Shown one piece after another: positions 40,701-53,316 of a DNA stretch of 64,000 nt (the first letter of the stretch is position 1; every line of letters begins with the position of its first letter). Source of the stretch: Botryllus schlosseri (Eukaryota). A model generated the notes under the pieces. That model was not told where the DNA came from. It saw nothing but the letters and a program-made list of their open reading frames with translations, and made no database searches. The translations under genes were made by a program, and so were the position numbers. The stretch spans positions 12,464,001 through 12,528,000 of the forward strand of contig CM119372.1 in the NCBI GenBank assembly GCA_051294905.1, written 5' to 3'.

Positions 40701-42884
40701 AATCCGCAACGCCTCGTTACTATCTACTTGTTCAAATTGACATATTGAGTACCTTTCGTTTTGTACTTACAGGATGTCTCGAAAATTGCTTCATTACTAC
40801 TACTTGAGTAGCCTCGGAGACTTACTTTTTCCACCTCTCTCCAGATTACCTAACCTATGGTGCATTGGTTGTCTAATTTTTAGCGCGGTTGTGTCTGTAT
40901 TCACTTGAAATAACTTGTAACCGCTATTCATATAATTCAGATCACCTTGTTGCGACAAACCGTACTGTCCGCGATGGGCGATCACGTGGCTAGGAAAATT
41001 CCGGAGAGCCAGATTAAAAGCTTGGACGACCCGAAAGAAGTGAGAAGAATGACGGGGGCTTACAGTTGGTACGCGAAAGAGTTTTGATCTCGAAAACTAT
41101 GGTTGTTGAAATTTTTGTGTTGGTACTTGCGAAATATACCCGATTAGACTACTCTGGATGAGTTATTACATATCGTTTGGACCAGACTTGTAAATTTGTA
41201 CAAACTACTGGATTTTTAAAAAGCGCAACTGGAACTAGAACTTCTCAATTATTAAAACTCGCAACTAGAACTAAAGCTAGAACTACTAACTTTTCAAAAT
41301 CTGCAACTAAACTCTAACTATTCACTTTTCAGAATCTAGAACTTTTTACTTTTCAAAATCTGCAACTAGAACTAGAACTACTCAAACAACCATTAGGTAG
41401 TTGACCGTCAACTAACTGAGTAGTTTGTACAAGTCCCGTTCCTGGTTTGGCCGTCTCCCGGGAGTCGTATTGTGTCACGCTGACTAGAAAATCTTTGTTG
41501 TGGACAGAAGTGCTCAGTAACAAGGTACTTGCACTTTTTTTGAGTGCTCGAGTAGTTTGCTCGTACTTCTTATTCTTGTGGTTGTATTTTCGACAAATAC
41601 CTACTTGTACACTGTGGATTTTGTAAAGTAGGAAGTAGTATTGGGATACACTTTCATCCCTTTTATGTGTGAAATTATCATGACGAGTGGACGAAAGAGA
41701 CTCTTTATCACCGAGTATCTTCCAAAATTGCACCATCTGTGACAGTGTCAACGGTCTATAAAGGTCACTCTGTGTTAGTCGTGAAGACGCTCGCTGAAAG
41801 TTTGAAATGCGAACCAACAACCAACCAAGTCTATTTTTCGAAATTACTTGAGTATCTTCATTTTACCATTTTATTTGAAGTAGTTTTTCATGTGTGTCAA
41901 ATTGCCATTCTTTTCAGTAGAAATTTACGGCGTTACTTCTACGTTTACTCAAGTATCAATTCTGACTACTGATGGCTACCTGTGGTCTTCAACTTAGTGT
42001 GCTTGACCAAGCTCGCTTTTTCAGTCTCCTCACGACGGAACCTGTGTTCATCCATCCCACCTCCATCTATTTCACCAATTCCAAACTACCCGAGTACGTC
42101 GTTTTTCAAGAAATCGTCGAAACAAAGAAGTCCTACATGAAAGGTGACACTATATTCGCAACGACGAAAATACAAAATTACAAATTCATAGCTGTTCAAC
42201 AGATGTCATGACTATCGATTCCGTGTGGCTGTCGAAGTACTGCCCGCAATATTGCTCGTTTTCCGAGCCTTTGGAGGAACCGGCACCGTTTCTGGACAAG
42301 TCCGGCGTGGTTCGATGCCACGCGAAAACCTCGTACGGCAGGCTGTCGTGGCCTCTCGGCAATTCCGTGATAGCCTACCCGCCTGGTTTGAACAGGTGGA
42401 ATCGCGTTTTTATACTCTTCGCAGTCGCTGTGGAATTTGAATCCGATGTTTTTAAGATACAAGTGGTTCGCCAGATACATGCTGTCGGAATATATCGTGA
42501 AATCTCTACCTCGGCAATTCAGCGCGCTACTTTCCAACCCGGAAATAATGACCAGGTCGTGGGCGAAGTAGGTTTTGTTATTATTCTCAGTCGACTTTTG
42601 ACTGTGCTATTTCAAAACAAAAACACGCTTGTGTCGCAGTTTACAGCCTCGGACGCAGCTGATGCTCCAGTCTCTCATCGGTCAAGAAGTCGACTCCAAG
42701 GCTAAACTTCTTCAAGCTTGGCGTGACAGTCCGTGCTGTGAGTGTTTGTCGCTCTTCTTGTCACATTTGCATATCTCTTAACTGTGTGAGTTTGGGCGCA
42801 GTTCTTTTGGAAGAATTTCAAGAATGGCTGCCCGAGTCGATACGCGAAGACTTGTCTCCGCACTGGCCGCCGAAAGTGCGATGA
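25796..42884 (+). CDS. DHX37: DEAH-box RNA helicase DHX37 (Dhr1/kurz orthologue), 25 coding exons, 1157 aa
   Basis: Exons, all GT-AG and phase-consistent, total 3474 nt: 25796-25859, 26830-26972, 28638-28844, 29784-29859, 29924-30299, 30367-30477, 31601-31790, 31856-31957, 32644-32739, 32803-32974, 33841-33989, 34103-34224, 34285-34387, 34447-34635, 35350-35497, 37327-37481, 37544-37588, 39027-39199, 39266-39386, 40941-41068, 42025-42143, 42203-42395, 42457-42567, 42640-42737, 42802-42884. Motifs [80 protein letters not shown]37-type N-terminus (MARSRRKY...[23 protein letters not shown]). Confidence 0.95.
27031..27620. mobile_element. Charlie-like hAT MITE in DHX37 intron 2
   Basis: CAGGGGTGGCCAACC.../...GGTCGCCCCTG. 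TSD ACCTAGCT/ACCTAGCA. Confidence 0.8.
28950..29235 (-). mobile_element. tRNA-derived SINE (degenerate) in DHX37 intron 3
   Basis: Minus strand reads gtaatggtggagggtgcgacttgatcggtaggtcgtgGGTTCGATCCCcagcgggtcagaccgaa: a Pol III B-box and A-box-like head with no acceptor stem. The 3' boundary is approximate. Confidence 0.6.
30569..30878. mobile_element. Charlie-like hAT MITE in DHX37 intron 6
   Basis: CATGGGTTCCTA.../...TAGAAACACTG. TSD CCCTAGAC/CCCTAAAA (imperfect). Confidence 0.55.
33295..33808. mobile_element. Degenerate GACTCGAGTC-rich MITE in DHX37 intron 10
   Basis: Starts CAGGGTTGTAATGACTCG, with many gactcga/gagtc motifs at both ends. TSD unclear. Confidence 0.55.
35603..36953. mobile_element. 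hAT non-autonomous element in DHX37 intron 15
   Basis: TIR CAGTGGTCGGG/CCCGACCACTG. Perfect TSD ATATATAC. Confidence 0.85.
37627..38242. mobile_element. Foldback-like MITE family C, copy 2 (near-perfect ~300-bp arms) in DHX37 intron 17
   Basis: TAGGGCTGTTCAAAAATAACTTTTTT... mirrored by ...AAAAAAGTTATTTTTGAACAGCCC. Arms are complementary almost to the centre (~37920-37950). Confidence 0.9.
39759..40623 (-). mobile_element. Deleted hAT transposon with transposase remnants in DHX37 intron 19
   Basis: TIR TAGGGCCATTT/AAATGGCCCTA. Perfect TSD GTCATCAG. The minus strand encodes AVTRWGSW (~40410-40435) and [15 protein letters not shown] (hAT C-terminal dimerisation motif, ORF 39950-40132). Confidence 0.85.
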
Positions 42885-43345
42885 CGGGACGGGCGTTAAG
42901 ACGAGAGGTGAGGCGGGTTTGAATTTGTCGCGATTAGGGATTGTCACAGCGGTTCAAGTAGTTAGAGTCGATAAAGCTCGAGTATCCAAACTATACTCAG
43001 GAGTAAAATTTCATGAACCGAAAATATAGTTTGCGTACTGTGCTTCCGCAGTCGTTCAGTTCGTTGTAGTTCATCATCGAAAAACATGTCACACAAGGCT
43101 ACGAATGTTCGATTGTTCATGGTACGACATTTTTACCAAGTACTGATTGAGCCTGACAGTGGTTGCAAGGCGATTCGAAATAGTTATGGTCCAGAAATGG
43201 ATGACGTGTAACCAGGGCTGTGGAGTCGGTTCCTTTTACCACCAACTCGAGACGTTTTTAGTATACCGACTCAGGAAATTTCAAATTCTCCAACTACGAC
43301 ATTCCTGTAAATCTACTCGGAAGATTATACCTGTATTACATTTTT

Positions 43346-43655
43346 AGAACTTCAATATGCAATTGAATAGTATATTCATATTAAAATGAACCCGAATATT
43401 TTCGGCTGACACTCGTCAGGGGTAATCGTCAGCAACTAGTTGACAGCGTATATCAACAATCGTAACACAAAATATGACGTCACCAGCACGAAATGTCGAA
43501 TACGAGAGCCTTCAATGTACTATTTTTAAATGATACACAAACTCTTTTTGTTGACACAGCCGAAAATGTGTGTCAGCCGAAAATATTCGGCTTCATTTCA
43601 ATATGAATATACTATTCAATTGTATATTGAAGTTCTGTACCTCCAAGAAGCTGTT
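43346..43655 (-). mobile_element. Penelope-like pLTR fragment with inverted partial copy
   Basis: 43346-43412 and 43570-43636 are reverse complements. The body matches 47590-47840. Confidence 0.75.
43390..43423 (-). ncRNA. Minimal type I hammerhead ribozyme motif (Penelope-associated)
   Basis: Minus strand: ACCC CUGACGA G-uguca gc-C GAA A-AUAU-U C GGGU. Shows stem I, the CUGAnGA core, a 1-bp stem II, GAAA, palindromic AAUAUU and a UC cleavage site. Confidence 0.7.
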
Positions 43656-44284
43656 CAAATTTTTAGATATGTATGGTTCACAGAAATTATGAAAACTATT
43701 GTCACAGAAAGAAATCAACTTGTGATGGGCCGAAAACGTAAAAACTTGATGACTTCTGCAACTGCAACCTCACTTATCGGCAACATTTAGTTCGATTTTA
43801 AAGTAGCTGAGTCGGAGTCGGAGCATTTTAACAAACTCCGACTCCAGCCAATATGTGCCTCGCCAACAGCTACTCCAATGAGTGCTACAGATATTCTGTG
43901 ACTCCGACTCCAACAAGAGAAAATTTAACGAAACTCCGACTCCACACAGCCCTGCGTGTAACACGCTTCGTGTCCTCGGAAAAGATGCATATTTGAATGA
44001 ATAATAATTTCGTTATTACTGCTACGACATATAGTTGGTACTCGAATGCTCAAATCAAAGCTTGATACTCGACCTGGAATCAAATCGCTCAGATACTCGA
44101 TTTTGCCCAGATCTGGTCGCAATGTATGGATGAGTGGACTTCTTGCTGGCGCAAAGGGACTTTTGTTGAATGATGCGGATCTTACCTCGCTTAGCTAGTG
44201 TGATGATTGAAATTAAAACCAGCGTGACCCTATGAGGAAAGTCTGTCTCGTGTATGGTTGGTCGTGTAGTACGCGTGTGCCTCG

Positions 44285-47200
44285 CTACGTTTGAATTTGC
44301 TCGATGTTGGATTTGGATATTCCGTAGCAGGAATCTCCTTGCGTTCTGCCGACGTTGGTTTGAGTGCTATCTGTCGGAGATCTCGGAACGGGGGGAGTTG
44401 CATTCGCGCTGACTGTACGTTCCGCTTGACTGTTCGTTATCTCCTCTCTTGGCGAGCGCTGGTCTCGTGGAATCCCGTTCGTCGTTGATTGCGTCCAGGA
44501 CCACTGTCGGCTCGATTTCACGAGACCCGGGCTGCTATTTGACTCGTGCGTGCGTGTCACGTTTGCTTGCCTTGTCTTGGACGAACGCGTGCTGAACGAT
44601 ATAGAAATATAGCGATCGCTCTGGTATCACACCGATACGAAGCAGGCCGGCTGAGTTGGAGAACTAAGAAATTTACAGCTTTTCCAAATAAGATTACATT
44701 TAGAATTATAACTAGTTAGTTTTCCAGATTAGATTAGAAAATCGAATTGAATTCCGAATTGTATAGAAATACGACAACAATAAAATTCAGTACGTGTCAA
44801 ATCGGGCTTCAATCTCGTAAGTATGAGAATGGCAAATATATGTACAATTGTACATGTACTGTACATTGTATTATAGTGCACAACAAGCTTGGCTTGTTTC
44901 GCACTATGCAGTTCACCAGCGGCATTTTGAGGAAACCAGCAATTAGACTACCGGCATGTAGCTCTAAAATTCGTCTAATTAGGTTACCTGAACGTGGTGG
45001 CGGGATTGTAGCGTCTGTGCTCCGACTCGTACTTGTTTCTGCACATGTCCGCGATCTCGATTACGGTGAGCACGCAAGAAGCCTGCGAAATGTCGTCAGG
45101 GCTGTTTGACGCGAAACTCGAGCGGCAAGCATGGTCGCACAAAAATGCGAGCACTTGACTTAAGCTTTTCGGATTACTCGAGTAGGATATACCTAGTTGC
45201 GCTACTTACTCGAGTGGTTTTGTTTTAGGACTACCTCCTTTTTTATTCTACTATTTTCAGGCAACATTGCAGTTTTGAAGGTAGTTTTGGGGTAGGTTTG
45301 CACTGCTGTCATGAGCAATGCTCCTAATTTTTTACGAGACACCCCCAACTCGCTGCCCGGTCCCTTGGACAACAATGCGTAACGACTAAAAAAAGGTCAT
45401 CACTTCGGATTTCTCTCTGCACGGCCGCGCACGCGCGCAGCTTACAGGGAACATTAGTCATGAGTGAAATTGTCACAAGGACTGATCGCATGTATTGCGG
45501 TACCTGAATAAATTCTCAAAAATTGCTATTGCAATTGCAATTTAGCCGCAAACAATATATTCATATTGCCAAATTTATTCCACTCTTACCTTATCGACTG
45601 ACTCACGTCAGGAGCGAACGTCAGTAAATGAGGTTAACCAAATTCAAAATACATTCTTTCTATATTTGGGATTTGGTTTACCTCATTTACCGACGTTAGC
45701 TCTTGATCAGAGTCGGTTGAAAAGCTTAGAATGGAATGCATTTGGCAATATGAACATATTGTTTGCTGCTGAATTGAAGTTCTGTACTTCCAAAAGCCTA
45801 TCAATGACAATTGGTCGTTCTGCGTTGGGCGTTGGGTCGCGCAGAGACATCTTGCCATTACTCGAGTACTTTTTAGATCTATTATTTTCTCCTTTCACTC
45901 AAAGTGGTTTTGACCTGTCTTGGAAATAGCTACTTCTACACGAGGCGCAAAGCTGATTACTGTGACCCCCCTCTAGCGACTGTAGCCGTCATATACTGTA
46001 TGCTGGGATGGTTTGCATGGTCGAAACGCTAGCAAATTTTCGATTTCCTTACCAGGTTGACAGCTGCAAGAAACCACAGGAAGCAAGTCTTTTCGCTCGC
46101 TTTGTCGAGCAGGTCGCATTTGACCGACCCACCGTAGCACGTCAGACTCGAGGGAATTCTCCAGCCGTAAAGCACGGGGATAGTCACGACGCACGTCAGC
46201 TCCAGAATGCACCTGTTGAACTTGCGGCAATGAAATTCGATGTGAAATGTGGTGGGCGACGCCGACAGCGAAGCTGTCACCGAGCTCCTGTGGGCGTAAT
46301 AAAGAATGTAGGATTCGAATTGTGTTTATTCTCGCAATTTGTGGAAGAAGACGATGGTTTTGTTATTCGTGCGGTGGTTAGGGAAGCGTAGGACCTATTA
46401 TTTAGGATTCGTCTTTGGGTGTGTATCAGGAACGTGTGACAAAACGAGTAATGTCTTGGCCAACTGGGAATTAGGTATTGCCTTACGTCTGGGGCGGCCA
46501 ACCTTAATCAGTCGTAAATAAACTTTCAAAGCAAAACATACTGGAACGGAAACGCTGTGCGTTAGGGCTGTTAAAAAATAACCTTTTTCCCGGATTCCAT
46601 CCATTCACTGATTAATATGTCAGGTTACCCTAAGAAACGCTGCCCACCCATTTTGGCTCAATTCTAACAAGTATAAAACTCTGCAGATCCAATTATTATA
46701 TTTTAATTTATTTAGGAAAATTCAAATCTTTGTGTCAACCCCATCAAATTGTTGAGCTGTCTTCAAAGACGATGCAATACAAATTTGACTCAATTCCAAC
46801 TAGTAGAAGCGGAGTTATTTAAGTTCTTCGTTGATAACTCTCGGATTATCCACCAACCAAGGACCTGACAATTTAACAGAGGTGGTCAGTAACGAAGTAC
46901 TTCTACATTTTTGAAGTACTCAAGTAGCTTTCCGTTACTTTGGTACTTACTAAAGTAGATCTAATTTCCCACTACTTCTACTTCGTGATTTACTTTTCGC
47001 TATTTTCAGTTTGTCAAGAAGTAGTTTATTGTTCCAATCAGGAAGATAGCCCGAGGAATTTCGGTGCTGTTTTCACGGAGTATCAACATCTAATTTACAT
47101 AAAGTTGAGTAAAGCCCAGAATTTTCGTCGCGCAGAGTGGATATGGAGTGACGGGTATGATTTCACGAAAGTGTCGGTGAATATAATTTAGGTAGCGGGT

Positions 47201-50200
47201 TGCGTGCTTCCGTCCACACCGCATTGACGCCCTTATGAAATATTTTATCACAGTAGATATGGCCCATCATAACGCTTGAAATTGATGTTTCGCAATCTAG
47301 CATTTACTTCTCATATCGTAATCTAGCAGTCCGTGGCGTGTACTAATCTGGAAAAGTGGACTCCGACTCTTTTTTGTTAGCTTTAGACCTGTTTTAGCAT
47401 ACCACCTTTGAAACTTTCTGGACCAAAGACATGAAATACATTTTCCGCTTTTAGAAGTGGTATCTCTTTCAATTCCCAGTATCCTACTTTGAGTTCTGAT
47501 AGTTTCAGTTCTTTTGTCTTGAAAACATACATGTTGAGGCATAAAAGCAAGTGTAGAAATGCCTTTAATTTCCAGAAATATAGCTGAAGAGCTTCTTGGA
47601 GGTACAGAACTTCAATATACAATTGAATAGTAGGCTATATTCATATTGCAATGAACCCGAATATTTTCGGCTGACACTCGTCAGGGGTAATCGTCAGCAA
47701 CTAGTAGAGAATTGGAAATACCATTGTATATCAACAATCGTATCGCAAAATATGACGTCACCAGCATGAAATTTCGAATGAGAGAGCGTTCAATGTACTA
47801 TTTTTAGGTGATACACGAACTCCTTTTGTTGACAGAGTTTTGGTTGGTGTATTTTGGTTAAAGTCGACTCCAAGGCACACAAATGGAATTGTGAACGGCA
47901 CCGCCCAACGATTCGAAATCGGTCGTCTCGATAGAACAGATGTTTGCAGATGGCAGAATTAATCGCCTTTGATCGATCAGCATCAATCTTAAGCGGATGA
48001 GTTAGGGGTGAGCTTTTCACTGAGCGTGATGCACCCCTCACTTTGCACCATTCTGCATCTTTCACCTAGTTCAATTTGCAGCTTTTGACTATCCATGCGA
48101 ACGAATTACAATCGTTTTCACAAGTACTTCCTTACTTGAGTAGATTCAAAGTCAGTCAATTCTACTTCAAGTAGTTTTCGGTTGCTTATGTAAGAAGTAC
48201 TTTTACTCGTACTTGAGTAGATTTTTTCGTCGCTACTTCTACTCGAGTAGCTTTCTTGACTACTTTGAACACCTCGGCAATTTAATCAGTGAATGGCTGG
48301 AATTTTTGAACAGCCCTACTGTGCATTCTACCACCCCCCCCCCCTCAAAAAATAATTTGAAGATGAGGTACCTTCATATCCCTTTGTCATGAAAGTAGAC
48401 TCTAATCAATAATTTTAGTCTGTGTAGCATAGTTTATTCCGCACAGTCGACCAGAGGATAATCATGTGCATCGTGCAATTGTCCGTGACTTCTAAAACAC
48501 CTTCCTATCAGAGGTGGTCAAAGTAGTCAAGAAATCTACTCAAGTAGAAGTAGAAGTAACGACGAAAAAATATACCCAAGTACGAGTAGAAGTACTTCTT
48601 CCATAAGCAACCTAAAATTACTTGAAGTAGAAGTAGAATTGACTGACTTTAAAAGTACTCAAGTAAGTAAGTAGTTATGAAAACGATCCTAATTCGTTCA
48701 CATGGACTGTAAAAAGGTGCAAATTGAGCTATGCGATAGGTGACGAGCTTGATTCATATTGATGCATACCAGCAGGTATCCAATTTTCGCTAGCATAAGT
48801 AGGCTATTCGTCCACATCATGGGGTGAAAATGATAGTATTGATGTGGAAATGCGATGCTAATCCTCTGTTTTCTCGAACAGCGCGTTTTAGAAAATAGCA
48901 TGGAATGGCGCCATTCCCCATATTATAAGGCTCGCAGTTTAGTCGAAGAGCAATACGGAGACAAAGTTGTATAGGATACGGTGTAAACACTTTGCGCGAT
49001 TAGTAAACGTTAATAAAATTATGGTGGACCGTAAAAATGCCATATTGTATAGCTTTATTTCCAGAAATTAAGGGCATTACTACACTTGCTTTTATACTTC
49101 CACATGTATGTTATCCAGACAAAAGAACTGATAATAATTATAACTCAAAGCTTATGATACTGGGAATTGAAAGTGAAATATAAATACTACTTCTGAAAGC
49201 AGAACATGTATTTCATGTTTTTAGTCCGGAAAGTTTCAAAGGTGATATGCTAAAACAGCTCTAAAACTATAAAAAAAAAGTCAGAGTCCACTTTTCCAGA
49301 TCTGGACACGCCATGGTCATGCTAGATTACGATATGACAAGTAAATGCTAGATTGCGAAACATCTGTGTCAAACGTTATATACTGTGATGAATTATTTGA
49401 TATGGACGAAGGACGACAATGCGGTGTGAACGGAACCACACCAACCCTCTACCTAAATTATATTCACCGATACTTTCGTGAAATCATACTGGTCACTCCG
49501 TATCCAGCACTGCGCGTGAAGCGCGACGAAAATTCTGGGCTTTACTAAACTTTTATGAAAATTAAATGTTGATACTCCGTGAAAACAGCCCCGAAATTCC
49601 TCAGGCTATCTTCCTGATTGGAAGATTGAACTACTTCTACTTGACAAACTGAAAATAGCGAAAAGTAAGTAAGTAGATCACAAAATATTACGAAGTAGAA
49701 GTAGCGAAAATCAGATTTACTTGAGTAAGTACCAGAAGTAGAGGAAAACTACTTGAGTACTTCGAAAAAGTAGAAGTACTTCGTTACTGACCACCTCTGC
49801 TTCCTATATATATAATGTAGCGGCCTTTTGTTTTATTTGGTCACGGGTCGTTGAGGAATACCAGTTCTTATATGTCTAATTACTGTTTCGGAATAACAAA
49901 TTACGGATGATTCGGCGTTCAAGAAATAATTTCGGAAAAAGATAGCCGCGTTGGCTACTCCTCAGTTACGTCATCGCTGAGGCAAATTTATTGTATAATT
50001 TTGTCCATATAAAGCCACAACTGGCCACAACAGACCGGGACATGAAAGCAAGGGCATGGGCAAGGCTGCACCTTTTGCGCATTTGTACTCCAAAAGCACG
50101 CTTGTAGAGAAGTTATGGTACCGAGGTCGTTGTAAAGCGATTACCTATAGCCTACATCAGAAATTCCCAAATTTAGGTATCATAATCGCACTCTACCTTA

Positions 50201-53200
50201 GATTGACTTTCATCAAATGAACAACATAGGTAGTGAGACACGGCCAGCGAATCCGCGTGGGTTTGCACACCACGTACTCCTGTTCGTCAGTTGCCGGCGT
50301 CCATGGCAGCAGCACAAGGGGCGGAATAAATGCGGTCAGCGTGCTTAATCCCCATATTGTTATCGGTGACACGCCCGAGTATGCGGAACTGTCAGGCATG
50401 TGGCAAAGTCGGTTAAAGTGTCTTATTTGAAAACCCGCAAGACTCACTTCATACAACTCATCATCACCTCGTATGATGATGTATTGATCGCGGAATCGTT
50501 AGCTGGCGTCGTGGAAGCCTGCATGTCGCCGCCGGGGGTAGCTCTCCTGTAAGAACAGAACTATTACGCAGCGTAAGCAACACATTGACACGATGTAGCC
50601 TACTTGGACTTTATGTGCACTACAGTACAGAGCTAGAGGTCCTCTGCATTAAGATGGTTTCAAATGGCTATCCACATCCCGTGAGAATTACTTAGCAAAT
50701 GAAACTCGCATGCACTACATTGTAGTTACTACAAATCACAAGACCTTTTGCTGCTTTTATTTCCACCATTGCAAAATATTCTATCGTGAATCAATCCATT
50801 TTGAAGCGAAAACCGTTTTTGTGTCTTGAAAGTGATTAACTCTTTCGACGCCGCGTATCCCCATATGTTCGCTAGAGATTGTCTTCAAAACGCCGCGTAT
50901 CCCCATATGTTCGCTAAATCGAGAGAGCGTATTTTTGTCTCGAAAATCTGACATGCCGTTTTGCGTCCATGGCAGTCGGGGCATTGTGCGGTAATGAATT
51001 CAAAATTCAAGACTTGCTACTAAGAAACAATTTTGCTGGATTACCTGTACGGAATAGTAACTTTATTTGATATATATTTCCACGACGGTAATGATTTTCA
51101 ACAGATGCCAATACCTAAAGACATTTTACATCATTATCACCAATCTTTAGCGACACATCGCGCGTTAAGTTAATATACGGATCTACTGAAGCCACCAAGT
51201 CAGTACATGTACTGCGACAAGACAGACTTCACACCAATATATACGTATTTATTCAAGTTTTTCAAACGTAAAATTGCATCGGGAGATGACGAGGACTCAA
51301 CGGAGACAAATAATGATGTTTTTGTGCAGATCGTTGCTTGTAATCGTACACAAATGGGCTCCGTCGGTATGTTACTGCGCCTGAAAAACAAACTTGAGTA
51401 CCGGTACTAGCAGAAGTCAAATTTTCGAGCCATTATTGCGGATTTGACGTCACAATGATAACCTTGAAGCATCGACGGCCGAAGATCATGTCGGCAGCAG
51501 TATTTCACGACGGTTCTGAACCTCCGCATTGCCATTGAAAAGGAATTAACGATTTAAGGATAATATATTATCAATATATAATATAATAAGAATATTCTGT
51601 GGAATTTACAACGTCACAGCTAATCTATAAGTACCATAGAAACACCAACAAAATCCATACCTTAGCAGCAGCGCGCCTGAAATCAGCCAAACTTCAGTTC
51701 GTACCGAAGCCTGTCCTAGCAACACGACAGGATCAATCAAGGCACGTTACGCATCGTTAGATAGATATCGTTTGCGGCTACAATACGGACGTAGGTACGT
51801 CTCGGTAGCTAAGGTAGCGACGAAGTTACGATCGGTTGAAATTGGGGTTATTTGGTGAAAATCGCGGCGTTTTGAAGACAATCGTCAAATTTAGCTCGGC
51901 GTCGAAAGAGTTAATGTGTGGAGGTATTCCGTTTTCGTGCAACCCCGTCATTTAATTTTCGAAATTTCTCAATCCCTGAAGAAATTACCCAAGACGATTC
52001 CAACAGTAGGAAAAATCAATAATTATGTAGAATTGAAATACACCTGCATCCGTAGGCATAGCCAGGATGGAAATTTGCAGGGGGCGAAACATTTTGAACT
52101 TTGACGTGACGTCGCAGAGTACTGATGACGTCACAATTAACAAACCGAATATTTGGAGAAGGCAAAGGCGTCTTTCGACCCCTTGGCTATAAGGGGTGGT
52201 CAAATAAGTTAGCGCGTTGTGACTTATGTAGAATTAACGCTGCGTATTCCTTCTCAATCACAAGTAGAAGTAGCAATTTCGGAGACATGTCAAATTACTT
52301 CAACTGGAAGTAGAAAATGGTTTGAAAAGTACTTGCATACTTTTAGCGTCTAAACAATTGTAGCTAACTATCGATATTTTTCAACATGTGTCCTTCGACT
52401 AATTCAAGATGACTGGACTGACACTGCAAATAGGTACTGAATCTTAGAAAATATATTCAGTTACCGCGATGCAGAGGCTATTTGATGCGGTTCTTATGAC
52501 AATTCCTCTCATAAGAGTGAAGCAAATTTATCTCAAAACTATAAGTCTACTTTCTATTTTTTTTAAATCCAAATTGTAAAAATTCGTTTTGCCCAAAAAC
52601 ATAGCTACAATGGAAGTAATATAGTCTAATAACATAACCACTTTCAGAGTAAGTAGTGCAAATTTTCAAAACGTGCTGAGGTATTACAAAAAGTGTAAGT
52701 AGCCTACTCTGTTGTACTGACCACCTCTGGTGCCCAATGCCTGCATACCTTACTATGTTATCAATGGCGAGCCATGAGATGTGTCGAAAGACGCAATGAC
52801 CTGCTATAAATCGTGTTTCACTTTATTCTATTACGTCACCATCAATCTCTAACGTCACTGCATTGTTGAGGGGTTTTACCCTTTCAAATTCTTGTGCCGT
52901 CGATATATGTTACAAAGCTCCGCTCCGCTATTAACGTTCAGGTCTTTGTTACCAATCTTTGATTTAGTCAACACGCACGACGAAGGACTCCCATTGTCAC
53001 CTTGTATCGCCCTTGCGTGTCTCCGTTGATGAGCAGTTCATGCCGTATGGATCGTTTCCAAACAATCTTCCACAAAGTGAGCCCAGGATAATAACTCGTA
53101 AAATCATGAAAACCTGGGAATTATACGTTTAAGATTGTTATTCTATACGCAAGATCGAATAGTATACACCAGCGCTTCCCAGCCGGTGGATCGCGAAGCT

Positions 53201-53282
53201 ATTACAAGTGGGTCGCGAAGCATTCCTAAATATTACAGGTTTCTCTTCAATATGTCGCAAAGAGAGAGAGAGAGAGACAGAC

Positions 53283-53316
<34 letters not shown>

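Larger units (their letters stand above)
43213..43954. mobile_element. GGAGTC-rich hAT MITE containing a Penelope-like insertion
   Basis: CAGGGCTGTGGAGTCGG.../...CCGACTCCACACAGCCCTG. Perfect TSD CGTGTAAC. Confidence 0.85.
46877..48277. mobile_element. hAT MITE family D, copy 1 (AGTA/TACT-rich), nested in family C
   Basis: CAGAGGTGGTCAGTAACG.../...TTTGAACACCTCGG. Perfect TSD CAATTTAA. Confidence 0.85.
46563..48318. mobile_element. Foldback MITE family C, copy 3, disrupted by a nested element
   Basis: TAGGGCTGTT.../...GAACAGCCCTA. TSD CTGTGCGT/CTGTGCAT. Confidence 0.8.

Noticed and set aside
45634..45960. Minus-strand ORFs as an additional connexin exon
   Set aside because: TM4 continues in frame directly from 46053 to 45082, and this interval contains a Penelope-tail fragment (~45745-45790).
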